Shown: positions 30,565-41,207, numbered from the stretch's first letter. The stretch is DNA of 64,000 nt from Candidatus Cloacimonadota bacterium (GCA_023954715.1 JAGSHD010000009.1:56272-120271), one strand, 5' to 3'. The notes: generated by a model not told the origin, from the sequence alone. Program-made: numbers and translations.

Positions 30565-31827
30565 ATGTATAATACTTTTAAGGTATTTACTATATATAGT
30601 CTAATAGTATTTTCTAGCACTAGCCATCTACAGGCTGGTGGTTTTAAAACCCTTGAAAAAGGTAAAAGCAGCAGAAACACATCTGTTATGTTTGAAACAA
30701 AAGATTTTTTCTCTGCTGGAGATAATTCTAACAAATCAGTTAGCAGGTTTACTGTTAAAGAAGATCTTAAATTTGCCATCAATAAAAAAAATAGTATGTC
30801 TATAAAAATGGAACAGTCATGGGCTGACCTAAAAATTTATAAAAGTACTGGTACTGAAAAGTATAATGTAAAGGGTTTTAAGGATATTAAAATCCAACAT
30901 ACTATAAAGACTAAAGACGGAAGCAAAGGCAATAAAATTGGTGTTAAGTGGAAGTTCAAAGTTGATCTACCCAACGGAAAAGAGCAATTAGATAATAATG
31001 AGTCTAAAGTTACTTCTGCGATTGGTGAGACGGGACAAGGTTTTGAAAATGCGACTTATGGTAAAGGCCTAAATTTAGGCTTTGGTGTAACTATTACTAA
31101 TTCTCAAAAGAAAAATCAAAAAATTGAGTATAGTTATGGATATAATCATAATGGTAACTATTCTTCACAACTCGGTAAGTTATCTTATAAAAAGCCAGGT
31201 GATACCATGAATTTTGGCTACAAAAGAACAGTAAGCTATGGTAAAAGTGTAAAACAAATTGCCATGTTAGGTGCAAAGGCAAAAGCTAAACCATCCACTA
31301 AATTTAAATATGGTATTGGTGCTAATAGGACTGCAGCTGCATTGTCTTTTAGAAATAGTGGTGGAGTTAAGGTATCTAGAGTCCCATCTAAAATAGACTT
31401 TTCATTACAGGCTGAGTACACAAAACTGAGAGATAAAAGAACAACCGACAAGTTTGATATTAAATTTCAACAAAAAGGAAAAGAAGATACTTTTGAATCT
31501 GATGGTCAGTTTAAAACTGTTGATTTTAGTGATCCTTGGCAAGTAAATTTTTTAAGATCTAAAATTTTAAACAAAAGAGAAGTCTTAGGATTTGGAATCA
31601 AAGGTCTATTTGCTGGAGCAAATTTTAATGAGTTTGTGTTAAAACCTAGTCCGACATTGCAGTCTGGTACTAAAGACCGTAAAACAAGAAAAGAAGAAGT
31701 AATTTTCTTTGTTTCAAAAAATGTAAAAATTCGTAAAACTAGAGAGTGGCAATTTAAAGCTGGGATAGGTCTTACAGATGATGCTAGAGATTATGTAGCA
31801 TCTGGTTCCTATCAATGGAAATTCTAG
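30565..31827 (+). CDS. Putative outer-membrane beta-barrel protein
   Basis: Signal peptide, alternating-residue beta-strand pattern throughout, and an aromatic C-terminus (SYQWKF). Confidence 0.55.
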   Translation: MYNTFKVFTIYSLIVFSSTSHLQAGGFKTLEKGKSSRNTSVMFETKDFFSAGDNSNKSVSRFTVKEDLKFAINKKNSMSIKMEQSWADLKIYKSTGTEKYNVKGFKDIKIQHTIKTKDGSKGNKIGVKWKFKVDLPNGKEQLDNNESKVTSAIGETGQGFENATYGKGLNLGFGVTITNSQKKNQKIEYSYGYNHNGNYSSQLGKLSYKKPGDTMNFGYKRTVSYGKSVKQIAMLGAKAKAKPSTKFKYGIGANRTAAALSFRNSGGVKVSRVPSKIDFSLQAEYTKLRDKRTTDKFDIKFQQKGKEDTFESDGQFKTVDFSDPWQVNFLRSKILNKREVLGFGIKGLFAGANFNEFVLKPSPTLQSGTKDRKTRKEEVIFFVSKNVKIRKTREWQFKAGIGLTDDARDYVASGSYQWKF

Positions 31828-31847
31828 TAGCTTAAAAATAAGCTTAT

Positions 31848-31888
31848 AAATCTGGTAACATTATTATGATGGCCAGATTTTTTTTTGG
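31848..31888 (+). terminator. Probable rho-independent terminator
   Basis: Short stem TCTGG / CCAGA followed by a run of about 9 T. Confidence 0.4.
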
Positions 31889-31912
31889 CCAATTTTCTAA
31901 GAAAGGTTAAAA

Positions 31913-32842
31913 ATGAAGCCTTCTGAATCAATGTGGGAGTCACTTTCTATAGCGTCTCTAAACACCTATGACCTTAATGGCTTAGATATGAATATGAGAG
32001 ATGCACAGCTTGCTGTAAAGCAAGAAATTATGTGTGACTTTGAGGAAGTGAACTCTCTCAATACATTAGCCTATAGATTTGAGCATTTTAAGATACCAAA
32101 TACTAGTTTGGACGATTATAAAGATAGATACTACTCATTAAGTAGTGACAAAGGTTTTCTATGTGGGGTTCGTCATTATGGCGGAGATAAAGATCTTCCA
32201 TTTTTAATGATCACACCTAATTTTTTGATTGAAGTTCAGTTCAAGGTTTATGAGTTATATAAACTCGTTGAAACGGACTTTGCTAAATTTAAACCGCTAC
32301 AAATATCTTATTGGACTTCTAAAATTATTGATGCAGATCAGATAGGCAATGTATATATGGTTGCTAAAGCAGATTATATATTAGAAACCCCTCCATGGGG
32401 GCAAGAAAAGGCGATTAGCTTTATAGATATCACTGATGATAAATATTACGTATGGTATTTGCAATTATATCAAGAAGAGGCAAAATTACGACCAGAGTTA
32501 TCTAAAAGTGTCCAAGCGAATGATATAGAAACTATGAACGAATCATTAAAGCAAAACTTGTTAAAATATATATGTATAGATAACAAGAAGGTAGGGCTTA
32601 TCGCTGCTGTAAATTCAAATTTTTTAGGCCATCAAGGATTATATTTTAATGAAATAGTTTTAACAAAAGATTATAGAAATAAAGGACTTGCAAAAGCTGT
32701 ACAAAGATTGTTCATAAAAGACTATACCAATAAAGATGATTATATTTGGGGGACGATAAATTCAGAAAACTTTTCGTCTTTACTAACGGCTCGATCCAAT
32801 GCAAGAGTTGCTATTCGTTTTGAATGTTTTACAAATATCTAA
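31913..32842 (+). CDS. GNAT-family acetyltransferase-like protein with an N-terminal extension
   Basis: The C-terminal region VGLIAAV...GLYFNEIVLTKDYRNKGLAKAVQ resembles the GNAT motif A (R/Q-x-x-G-x-A). Confidence 0.55.
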   Translation: MKPSESMWESLSIASLNTYDLNGLDMNMRDAQLAVKQEIMCDFEEVNSLNTLAYRFEHFKIPNTSLDDYKDRYYSLSSDKGFLCGVRHYGGDKDLPFLMITPNFLIEVQFKVYELYKLVETDFAKFKPLQISYWTSKIIDADQIGNVYMVAKADYILETPPWGQEKAISFIDITDDKYYVWYLQLYQEEAKLRPELSKSVQANDIETMNESLKQNLLKYICIDNKKVGLIAAVNSNFLGHQGLYFNEIVLTKDYRNKGLAKAVQRLFIKDYTNKDDYIWGTINSENFSSLLTARSNARVAIRFECFTNI

Positions 32843-32954
32843 AGTTACCACAAAATCTATTGTACAAAATATGAATTATTTATAAATTATTGTTGAAACA
32901 TCTTTTGTATTTGCTATTATATTTAGGTAAATATTATTAAGACAAATGATCAAA

Positions 32955-32978
32955 ACTGACTCCTTTTGGAGTTTTTTT
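32955..32978 (+). terminator. Small hairpin plus T-run immediately upstream of ileS (terminator or attenuator)
   Basis: ACTCC-TTTT-GGAGT followed by 6 T, ending 15 nt before the ileS ATG. Confidence 0.3.
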
Positions 32979-32992
32979 AATAAGGAATCAAA

Positions 32993-35900
32993 ATGACAGA
33001 CAAATCGTTACCCTTTCCAGAAGTACAAGCACGACAGAGCTTTCCTAAACTAGAAGAAGAAATCCTTGGTTTTTGGAAGGCAGAAGGTATTTTTGAAAAG
33101 TCTGTAAGCCAAAGAAGCGTAGATAATTCTTATGTATTTTATGATGGACCTCCTTTTGCAACAGGTCTACCACATTATGGTCACATTTTGACTTCTTATA
33201 TTAAAGATACTATACCTAGATTTTTTACGATGCGAGGCAAACGCGTAGAGCGTAGATTTGGTTGGGATTGTCATGGATTACCAGCAGAATATGAAGTAGA
33301 AAAACAATTAGATATTTCTGGTAAATTTCAAATTGAAGAGTTTGGCGTAGAAAAATTCAACAATAAATGTAAAGAAGTAGTTTTACAGTGTACAGATGAT
33401 TGGGAGAACTACGTAACTCGAATGGGTCGATGGGTCGATTTTAAAAACTCTTATAAAACAATGGATACTTCTTATACAGAGAGTATTTTGTGGGTATTTA
33501 AGACTTTGTTTGATAAAGGCTACATCTATGAAGGTAGTAAAGTAGTACCATATTGTTATCGTTGTGAAACTCCATTATCAAACTTTGAAACTAAAGTGGA
33601 TGATGCTTATCGTGACCGCCAAGATCCTTCTGTTACTGTTCGGTTTGAAGTTGAAGGCCAAGAAAATACATACTTATTGGCTTGGACAACAACTCCTTGG
33701 ACTTTGCCATCAAATTTAGCATTAGCTGTAGGTCCAGATTTAGACTACGTTTTGTTTGAGGATGAAAAGGGCGATAAGTACTATATTGCAAAATTACTTT
33801 TAGAAAAGTTCAATAAAGAGTTTCCAGAGCCAAAGATTTTAAAAGAAATGAAAGGTTCTGAGTTGGTTGGTATTCAATATACTCCATTGTTTTCTTACTT
33901 TGCTGGACACGAAAATGCTTTTAAAATAGTTCAAGCAGATTATGTATCTTGTGAAGACGGTACAGGTATTGTTCATCAAGCTCCTGCTTTTGGTGAAGAA
34001 GATAATGCAGTTTGTATGGCAAATGGGATATCACTTGTTTGTCCAATAGATCAAGCGGGTAAATTTACCAAAGAAGTTTCTGATTTTGCAGGACTTACAG
34101 TGCATGAGGCAAACAAGCCAATCATCAAACATTTAAAAGATACAGAACAATGTGTTCAACATAAAACAATTGATCACTCTTACCCTCACTGTTGGAGAGA
34201 CGATCGTCCTTTGATTTATAAATCTATCTCTTCTTGGTTTGTTAATGTGACAAAAATTAAAGAAGACTTGATTGCAAATAACCAGCAGATCAACTGGATT
34301 CCTGGTCATATTAAAGATGGTAGTTTTGGAAAATGGTTAGAAGGTGCAAGAGATTGGGCTATCACGAGAAACCGTTATTGGGGTGCTCCGATTCCTGTAT
34401 GGAAGTGTGGCGACTGTAGCAATATTGAAGTTATGGGCTCAGTTGAAGAAATTTCTAAAGCCGGAAACTGCGAAGTTACTGATCTTCATAGACCGTATAT
34501 TGATGAAGTTAAATGGGACTGTAGCTGTGGTGGTACCATGAGTCGTGTTTCTGATGTTTTAGATTGCTGGTTTGAGTCTGGATCTATGCCTGTAGCCCAA
34601 CAACATTATCCATTTGAAAATAAAGACTTCTTTGAAGCAAACTTCCCGGCTGATTTTATTGTTGAATATATTGGTCAGACTCGATGTTGGTTTTATAACA
34701 TGATGGTAATCTCTACGGCTTTATTTGAAAAGCCAAGTTTTTTGAATGTTATTTGTCATGGTGTTGTATTAGGTTCTGATGGTAGAAAAATGTCGAAGCG
34801 TTTAAAAAACTATCCAGATCCTATGGAAATGTTTGATAAATATGGTTCAGATGCTATGAGATATTTTCTTTTAAGTTCATCCGTAGTTCGAGGAATGGAT
34901 CTCAAAGTAGCTGAAGAAGACATTAAAGAGATCGTTAAGAGTACTATTTTACCGATCTGGAATGTATATTCTTTCTTTATTTCTTATGTAAATATTGATG
35001 GTTATAAACCAAGCGGCAGAGTTGACTCGCAAAATAGTTTGGATCGATACATCTTGTCTGAATATGAAATTGTGTTAAGAGATGTTACTAACGCTTTAGA
35101 GGGTTATGATTTAGGGGTTGCTTGTAAAAGTATCAATGCATTTATTGTAACTTTATCAAATTGGTATATCAGACGGTCTCGAAGAAGATTTTGGAAAGAA
35201 GGCGAAGATCAAGATAAGTTTGATGCCTATGAAACTTTATATTATGTATTATGCGGTTTTTCTAAGTTAATAGCTCCATTGTTGCCATTTTTATCAGAGA
35301 AGATTTATCAATCTTTAACAGGAGAGTCTTCTGTTCATTTAACTGATTGGGATCAGTATAACGAAAAGCTGATTGATCAAAAACTTAGTGATGATATGGA
35401 TGCAGTTCGAACAATTGTATCTTTAGGACATGCTTTACGTGGGAAAAATAAAGTTAAGGTAAGAAAGCCTCTTTCAAAGCTTAAAGTTGCTGGTAAGATA
35501 TCACCAGATATTTTAGAAAACTATAAAGAGATCATTGCAGAAGAGCTTAACATCAAAGGACTTGAATTCGAATCAGATGCATCACAGATTGGTGTTCCTC
35601 ACATGTTGGTTAACTCTAAGATATTGGGACCAAAGTTTGGAAAAGACTTTAAAACAATCCTAATGGCTTCTAAGTCAGGAGATTATGAGTTAAATGATGA
35701 TGGGGCATTGCTTGGGGGAGTACAAATCTCCAAAGATGAGTTTGAAATAACCTTTCGAGCAGAAGAAGGATTTGATTGTGCTTCTGAAAAAGATATTATC
35801 GTATCTTTAGATTTACATCAAAGTGAAGAGCTAATCTTAGAAGGTCATGCTAGAGAAGTAATCCGTCATATTCAAACTCTTAGAAAAGACGCAAATTATA

Positions 35901-36097
35901 ATCTTTCTGATCGAATCCATGGTTATATCAAATCTCCTAAAAAAGAGTTGATTGATGCGGTAGAGATGTTTAAAGACATGGTTGCATCAGAGACTCTTTG
36001 TACCAAGTTAGATATTGTTGAAGATATCCCATCTGCGGCAGATCAAAATAAGATTACTGTTGATGAGATTTCTTTTGAAATTGGTATTGAGAAATAA
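32993..36097 (+). CDS. ileS: Isoleucyl-tRNA synthetase (long form, resembling type 2 / eukaryote-like)
   Basis: HIGH-class motif PHYGHIL, KMSKS-class motif KMSKRLKNYPDP, a CP1 editing domain (TTTPWTLPSN) and a length of 1034 aa. Confidence 0.96.
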   Translation: MTDKSLPFPEVQARQSFPKLEEEILGFWKAEGIFEKSVSQRSVDNSYVFYDGPPFATGLPHYGHILTSYIKDTIPRFFTMRGKRVERRFGWDCHGLPAEYEVEKQLDISGKFQIEEFGVEKFNNKCKEVVLQCTDDWENYVTRMGRWVDFKNSYKTMDTSYTESILWVFKTLFDKGYIYEGSKVVPYCYRCETPLSNFETKVDDAYRDRQDPSVTVRFEVEGQENTYLLAWTTTPWTLPSNLALAVGPDLDYVLFEDEKGDKYYIAKLLLEKFNKEFPEPKILKEMKGSELVGIQYTPLFSYFAGHENAFKIVQADYVSCEDGTGIVHQAPAFGEEDNAVCMANGISLVCPIDQAGKFTKEVSDFAGLTVHEANKPIIKHLKDTEQCVQHKTIDHSYPHCWRDDRPLIYKSISSWFVNVTKIKEDLIANNQQINWIPGHIKDGSFGKWLEGARDWAITRNRYWGAPIPVWKCGDCSNIEVMGSVEEISKAGNCEVTDLHRPYIDEVKWDCSCGGTMSRVSDVLDCWFESGSMPVAQQHYPFENKDFFEANFPADFIVEYIGQTRCWFYNMMVISTALFEKPSFLNVICHGVVLGSDGRKMSKRLKNYPDPMEMFDKYGSDAMRYFLLSSSVVRGMDLKVAEEDIKEIVKSTILPIWNVYSFFISYVNIDGYKPSGRVDSQNSLDRYILSEYEIVLRDVTNALEGYDLGVACKSINAFIVTLSNWYIRRSRRRFWKEGEDQDKFDAYETLYYVLCGFSKLIAPLLPFLSEKIYQSLTGESSVHLTDWDQYNEKLIDQKLSDDMDAVRTIVSLGHALRGKNKVKVRKPLSKLKVAGKISPDILENYKEIIAEELNIKGLEFESDASQIGVPHMLVNSKILGPKFGKDFKTILMASKSGDYELNDDGALLGGVQISKDEFEITFRAEEGFDCASEKDIIVSLDLHQSEELILEGHAREVIRHIQTLRKDANYNLSDRIHGYIKSPKKELIDAVEMFKDMVASETLCTKLDIVEDIPSAADQNKITVDEISFEIGIEK

Positions 36098-37000
36098 GTG
36101 GATTTGTTTCATTTAAATTTAGAGGATTTACAAAAAGTTACCAACTGTACTAATTGTAATTCCTCTAAAACATTTTGCATAAAGTTAAATCAAATTGCTG
36201 TTGACTCTCTTAGATATTCTTTGTATGAGTGTTTAGATTGTGGATTTTGGTTTTCTCCAAAGAAAGATGGAGAAGCTATTAACTATGAAAGTTATGATGA
36301 AACTTTGTCTTTAAGGGATGAGTCATATATAGCAGAGCGTTATATTCAAAAGTTACGTAATTTTGACTTTAATAACTTCAAGTCTATAGTTGAAATAGGA
36401 TGTGCTCAAGGGCATGTTCTATCTTTATTAAAAAAGTCCTATTCACATTTAAGACTTGGGGGCGTTGAGTTAAACTCCAACATGTGTAGTTTGAGTAGAG
36501 ATAAGGGTATAGATTGTTATACCGATTATACATCTCACGAGCAAAGGTTTGATGTTATTATGGCTAATCATGTCATTGAGCATTTTGATCACTCATCGCA
36601 GTTCATCGAGTTGTTTCAGTCATTGGGACAAGCTAATCACTATTTAATTTTAAATTTTCCTAACAAAGAAAATGTTTGGACTAAAAGGGGCTTTTATCCA
36701 GATCTTCATTTGCCATTTCATCGCTTCTATTACTCGATAGCCGAGATAAGTACTATTCTTGAAAATAATGGATATTTGATTAAGTCTTCTACTACAAGTG
36801 AACAAAATAGATATTTTGAAAATATGAAACAGGCTAGATACAATCACTATCGTGGAGATATTGAGTCATTTAAAGGTCTCGCACCCCGCTTTCAAGATGT
36901 AGATGAAAAATACTCGACACAAAATCTATCAAAAGTAGAAACTCATATTGATAGCCTAAATCTTGGGTCTGAGGCTATGATTATTGCAGTAAAATTGTAA
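36098..37000 (+). CDS. Class I SAM-dependent methyltransferase with an N-terminal Cys4 zinc ribbon
   Basis: CTNCNS...CLDCGF ribbon and motif I VEIGCAQGHVL. The GTG start directly abuts the ileS stop. Confidence 0.72.
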   Translation: MDLFHLNLEDLQKVTNCTNCNSSKTFCIKLNQIAVDSLRYSLYECLDCGFWFSPKKDGEAINYESYDETLSLRDESYIAERYIQKLRNFDFNNFKSIVEIGCAQGHVLSLLKKSYSHLRLGGVELNSNMCSLSRDKGIDCYTDYTSHEQRFDVIMANHVIEHFDHSSQFIELFQSLGQANHYLILNFPNKENVWTKRGFYPDLHLPFHRFYYSIAEISTILENNGYLIKSSTTSEQNRYFENMKQARYNHYRGDIESFKGLAPRFQDVDEKYSTQNLSKVETHIDSLNLGSEAMIIAVKL

Positions 37001-37045
37001 AAACAACTGCAACTTTATGAAGTAGTATTTTATGGATAAAATGTA

Positions 37046-38050
37046 TTATTTACTACACATATACTTATGAAAATACTCAAGGTTGAGCAAGGCAGCTCCT
37101 GCAGCACCACGAACTAAGTTATGTCCCATACTAACTAAACCAATCCTGTTTGCACTGCCACCTTGTTTAATGCGACCGATATGAGCCCTTTGGTCTCTTG
37201 GATTTAAATCTCGTAATGGTTGGGGGTGAAATGGGTCTTCATGAATTTTGTAGAGACCACCATATTTTGTATTAAACTCAGAAAAGACTTGTTCAACACT
37301 TTCTACCTGAACTTCGTTTTTGAATAATACATGTAAAACTATAGAGTGGCCTTGTAACACAGGAACCCGATTTACATGAGAGTGGATAGTAGTCCCATTT
37401 AACTGATCACCAAATATTTTAAGTGCTTCTTTTTCTAGTTTGTCCTCTTCTCCACCTATATTTGGTATTGTGTTACCTAATAAGTCGTAGGCTGAGACAC
37501 CAGGATAGCCAGCACCACTGATTCCTTGTAATGTAACAACATCTAAATGCTCAATAGGGGATAATTGAATGAGTGGGAAAAGAGCTAATGCAAGAAATAC
37601 AGTGGCACAATTTGGGTTGGTTATGATTTTTCCGGAAGAAGATTGTCTGTTAACAAGTTGAAAATGATCTCGATTAATTTCAGGAATAACCAAGGGGACA
37701 TCTTTGTGATCTCGAAAACTAGATGCATTGGATATGATATGAATTCCTTTATCAGCAAGCATTGGCTCCCATACATTGGCAATATCTGCTGGCAAACAAG
37801 AAATAGCATAATCACAGTCTATCTCATGGACATCAGTTAAGGTCATATTAGCAATGTACTCTGGCAGAATAGACTCATCCCGCCATGCTACTGCATCTTT
37901 ATATAATTTACCGTTGTTTCTCTCGGAGGCTACTATATATTTTAGTTCAAATAAGTCATGATCGTGAATCAATGAAATAAACTTTTGTCCAACTGTTCCG
38001 GTTGCGCCTAATAATGCTATAGATACTTTCATATAAATCCCGCTTGGCAT
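37046..38050 (-). CDS. asd: Aspartate-semialdehyde dehydrogenase
   Basis: LLGATGTVGQKF Rossmann motif, active-site context NPNCATV, and HRVPVLQGH. The likely true start is ATG 38032 (MKVSIALLGATG). Confidence 0.9.
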   Translation of the reverse strand: MPSGIYMKVSIALLGATGTVGQKFISLIHDHDLFELKYIVASERNNGKLYKDAVAWRDESILPEYIANMTLTDVHEIDCDYAISCLPADIANVWEPMLADKGIHIISNASSFRDHKDVPLVIPEINRDHFQLVNRQSSSGKIITNPNCATVFLALALFPLIQLSPIEHLDVVTLQGISGAGYPGVSAYDLLGNTIPNIGGEEDKLEKEALKIFGDQLNGTTIHSHVNRVPVLQGHSIVLHVLFKNEVQVESVEQVFSEFNTKYGGLYKIHEDPFHPQPLRDLNPRDQRAHIGRIKQGGSANRIGLVSMGHNLVRGAAGAALLNLEYFHKYMCSK

Positions 38051-39147
38051 TATGAATTCTTAACGAATTCGCCATCAATAATTAAAGGTTGATTATCAAA
38101 ATGAACTGTAGGGTTTAAAACTACCATATCCCAGTGCAATGAAGAAATATTTTTGCCTCCATAATTACGGTTTTCTCCTAAAGCTAAATGGATGGATCCA
38201 TATATTTTTTCATCTAGTAAGAGGTAACCACAGGGAGAAGTGACATTTGGATTTGTGCCGATTCCGAGTTCACCAATACGGTTTTTGTCCCCAGAGCTGA
38301 GCTCCATGGCATCCAAAAACAAATCATGGTTTAAGCTTGCTTCTGATTTTATTAAAAGGCCTCTTTCAAAGTATAGTTTTAGATTTTCGATTCTTTGTCC
38401 TTTATAAAAAACAACAGGATATATAACTTCACCTTCAACGCTTTCTTCGATTGGTGCACAATAGACCTCTCCATAAGGAAAATTAGAGGTGATATCTCCT
38501 ATTTTGATATCATTGTCACTGATTACACCATCATCCATGTTGATTCGTCTAGATTTAATGGAAAACCGTAGATTAGAGCCGTTTTGACATGTGATATGAA
38601 CCTTATCTTTATTTTGTAAGAAATCATGTACTTGATGACAAGCATCGTATATAACATCTGGATCGGCAATTGCAGCATCCCAAAAGCGCTTTTCAAATTG
38701 CTCAAGACTAAGGCCGTAAACGTCAGCGGTCTCTTGAGAGGGCCAGCCAGCACCTACTCTTCGTGCTCCACGTTTTACATTGGCTTCTTGAATATCGCGG
38801 CTCGCATATCCAAGGGTTTTCATTTTATTTGAGTCGATGTTAGAAAACAATTTAGGGTCTTTAACTCCCGGAAAAGAAATAATACAGTCCGTCATCTCTT
38901 CAAGTTTTATTCTATGGTGAGGATGGGCGTCTAACATATCTACGTCGGTTTCATTAATCATTCGATAGTCTAATGAATCCCAAGAAATATTGATCATTGG
39001 AAAAGCACCAACTTTTCGTATTTCAACGGCAAGCTCCTCTATAAACTCTTTGTTATGTAGGCCTCCATTGAGTTTAACGACTTCACCTTTTTTAACTCTC
39101 ATTTGTCGGTGAATCAGGCGTTGGGCAATTACTTTTAAATCAATCAT
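38050..39147 (-). CDS. M29-family (AmpS/PepS-type) aminopeptidase
   Basis: Thermophilic metalloprotease pattern (GEVYCAPIEESVEG, ELGIGTNP, HLALGEN). The start is moved to ATG 39147, which is preceded by AGGAGA. Confidence 0.88.
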   Translation of the reverse strand: MIDLKVIAQRLIHRQMRVKKGEVVKLNGGLHNKEFIEELAVEIRKVGAFPMINISWDSLDYRMINETDVDMLDAHPHHRIKLEEMTDCIISFPGVKDPKLFSNIDSNKMKTLGYASRDIQEANVKRGARRVGAGWPSQETADVYGLSLEQFEKRFWDAAIADPDVIYDACHQVHDFLQNKDKVHITCQNGSNLRFSIKSRRINMDDGVISDNDIKIGDITSNFPYGEVYCAPIEESVEGEVIYPVVFYKGQRIENLKLYFERGLLIKSEASLNHDLFLDAMELSSGDKNRIGELGIGTNPNVTSPCGYLLLDEKIYGSIHLALGENRNYGGKNISSLHWDMVVLNPTVHFDNQPLIIDGEFVKNS

Positions 39148-39324
39148 AAATGTCTCCTGTGGTAGAGTAGCTTGTGGGTGTCTGAAAATGATACAAAAAA
39201 AGAGATTCTTATTCCTTATGATTAACATATAGCAAAGCTATTTCATAAAGATATAAGAACCTCTTTTTGTATAAGTATGTTGGCTTACTTGTTTTGAAAG
39301 CCAACTTTTACTTAAGTTTTGAAA

Positions 39325-40617
39325 TTACATATTTCGGATGATTTCCTCACCGAACTCAGAACACTTAAGCAAAGTTGCTCCGTCCATCATTCTTTCGAAA
39401 TCATAAGTAACTTTCTTTTTTGTGATTGATGTCTTTAGACCTTTAACAATTAAATCAGCAGCTTCTTGCCAACCTAAATGCTCAAGCATTAACACACCAG
39501 ATAGAATTAAAGATCCAGGATTAACTTTATCTAAACCAGCATACTTAGGAGCTGTACCATGAGTAGCTTCGAAAATAGCTTTTCCGGTTTGATAGTTGAT
39601 ATTAGCGCCAGGAGCGATTCCAATTCCACCAACTTGTGCAGCTAGTGCATCAGAGATGTAATCTCCATTTAAGTTAAGTGTAGCAACTACAGAATACTCT
39701 TTTGGTCTAGTTAAGATTTGCTGTAAAAAAGCATCAGCGATACAATCTTTAACGATGATTTTACCATCAGCTATTGCTTGATCTTGTGCTTTATTTGCTT
39801 CAGCTTCACTTTTAGCATCTTTAATACGATCATACTCTGTCCATGTGAATGTCTTGTCAGCATACTCTCGTTCTGCTAACTCGTATCCCCACTTCTTAAA
39901 GTAACCTTCAGTAAACTTCATGATGTTACCTTTATGTACTAAAGTAACAGACGGTTTGTTATGCTTAATAGCATATTCGATAGCTCCACGAACTAGTCTT
40001 TCTGTTCCTTCTTTTGAAACAGGCTTGATACCGATACTTGATGTTTCAGGGAATCGGATTTTATCTACACCAAATTCGTCTTGTAAGAATTTGATAAGCT
40101 TTTTTACGTTGTCAGAACCTTCATCATATTCGATTCCACAATAGATATCTTCAGTGTTTTCTCTGAAAATAACCATATCAGTATACTCAGGGTGAAGTAG
40201 AGGAGTTGGTGTACCATCAAAATATTTTACAGGTCGAAGGCAAGTGTATAAATCTAACTCTTGTCTTAGAGCAACATTGATAGATCGGATTCCTCCACCA
40301 ACAGGAGTAGTTAAAGGACCTTTGATCCCGATAGTATACTCTCTAATAGCAGTTAAGGTATCTTCAGGTAACCAAGAGTTATACTTGTTGAATGCTTTTT
40401 CACCAGCGTAAATTTCATACCAAGCGATTTTCTTTTCACCGTTATATGCTTTTTTAACAGCTGAGTCTAAAACGTTTTGAGTGGACTTCCAAATATCTGG
40501 TCCAGTTCCGTCACCTTCGATAAAAGGAATGATTGGTTCATTAGGAACTACTAAACTACCGTCTTCGTTTGTTGTAATTTTTTCACCATGAGTTGGTAAT
40601 GGAAGATCTTGAAACAT
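39325..40617 (-). CDS. icd: NADP-dependent isocitrate dehydrogenase
   Basis: [53 protein letters not shown] and a strong AGGAGA RBS. Confidence 0.96.
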   Translation of the reverse strand: MFQDLPLPTHGEKITTNEDGSLVVPNEPIIPFIEGDGTGPDIWKSTQNVLDSAVKKAYNGEKKIAWYEIYAGEKAFNKYNSWLPEDTLTAIREYTIGIKGPLTTPVGGGIRSINVALRQELDLYTCLRPVKYFDGTPTPLLHPEYTDMVIFRENTEDIYCGIEYDEGSDNVKKLIKFLQDEFGVDKIRFPETSSIGIKPVSKEGTERLVRGAIEYAIKHNKPSVTLVHKGNIMKFTEGYFKKWGYELAEREYADKTFTWTEYDRIKDAKSEAEANKAQDQAIADGKIIVKDCIADAFLQQILTRPKEYSVVATLNLNGDYISDALAAQVGGIGIAPGANINYQTGKAIFEATHGTAPKYAGLDKVNPGSLILSGVLMLEHLGWQEAADLIVKGLKTSITKKKVTYDFERMMDGATLLKCSEFGEEIIRNM

Positions 40618-40839
40618 GATTTCTCCTAAATTTAGTCTATTTTGAAGTGTGACAAATAGACCTGACTAAAAATTTCTATTTGAAAATTATATTGATTTTG
40701 TCTTCGAAAATTTATCAAAGATTTTGAAGGCGAGTATATCACAATTAATATAAAAGATCATTCCATTAATGGGACATTTTTGTATTAAATTGACTGCTAA
40801 ATTTGATATTACTTTATGCATATACAAACTTTTTATATC

Positions 40840-41207
40840 GTACGCCAGATATGGCGCATTCACTCGGAGGTGAAAGTTCTCTGTAAGCCCGATAAGGGGA
40901 ATTACTAGCTAAACGGCAAGGGCTGTCACCGTGAGGTGAGGCCTGAAGAAAGCTGAAGGCAAAGCACTCTATGTGGATGGTAGTGAACGGAATTCACGAG
41001 AGTATATTAATGGTACGACTGACGTTACGGCAAATAGAGGTAGCCATCATCATAATGTAGAAGATTTAAGTTAGTATTTTCCACTTGTAACTATGTTATG
41101 AGATACTGATTTAAGTTAGAATATATTTATATTTAACTTGAACCGCCGTGGTACGGAACCGTATGCCCGGTGATGTGAGAGCTAGTGGGGGCGACCCCTC
41201 CTGCTAC
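40840..41207 (+). ncRNA. ORF-less structured RNA-like element with group II intron-like 5' and 3' ends (possible internally deleted intron relic)
   Basis: This G+C-rich island sits in an AT-rich 818-bp spacer. GTACGCCAGATATGGCG at 40840, CTCTGTAAG at 40879, GAAAGCTGA at 40948 and GGTACGACTGA at 41012 occur in the same order and similar spacing as GTGCGCCCAGATAGGGTG, CTCTGTAAG, GAAAGCTGA and GGGTACGACTGA in domain I of Ll.LtrB. There is a nested helix ACTCT...GTGAA-CGGAA-TTCAC-G-AGAGT, a 3' hairpin GGGG-GCGA-CCCC, and the element ends ...CCTCCTGCTAC. No reverse-transcriptase ORF is present and no clean domain V could be folded. Confidence 0.45.

Noticed and set aside
40840-41207. Alternative identities for the structured element: tmRNA, SRP (4.5S) RNA, 6S RNA, or a riboswitch/leader for the downstream operon.
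   Set aside because: It has no tRNA-like acceptor or T-arm end, no tag reading frame and no SRP domain IV GGAA/AGCA symmetric-loop motif. It lies more than 220 nt upstream of the next start codon, and a separate consensus promoter sits between them. The collinear group II motifs fit better.
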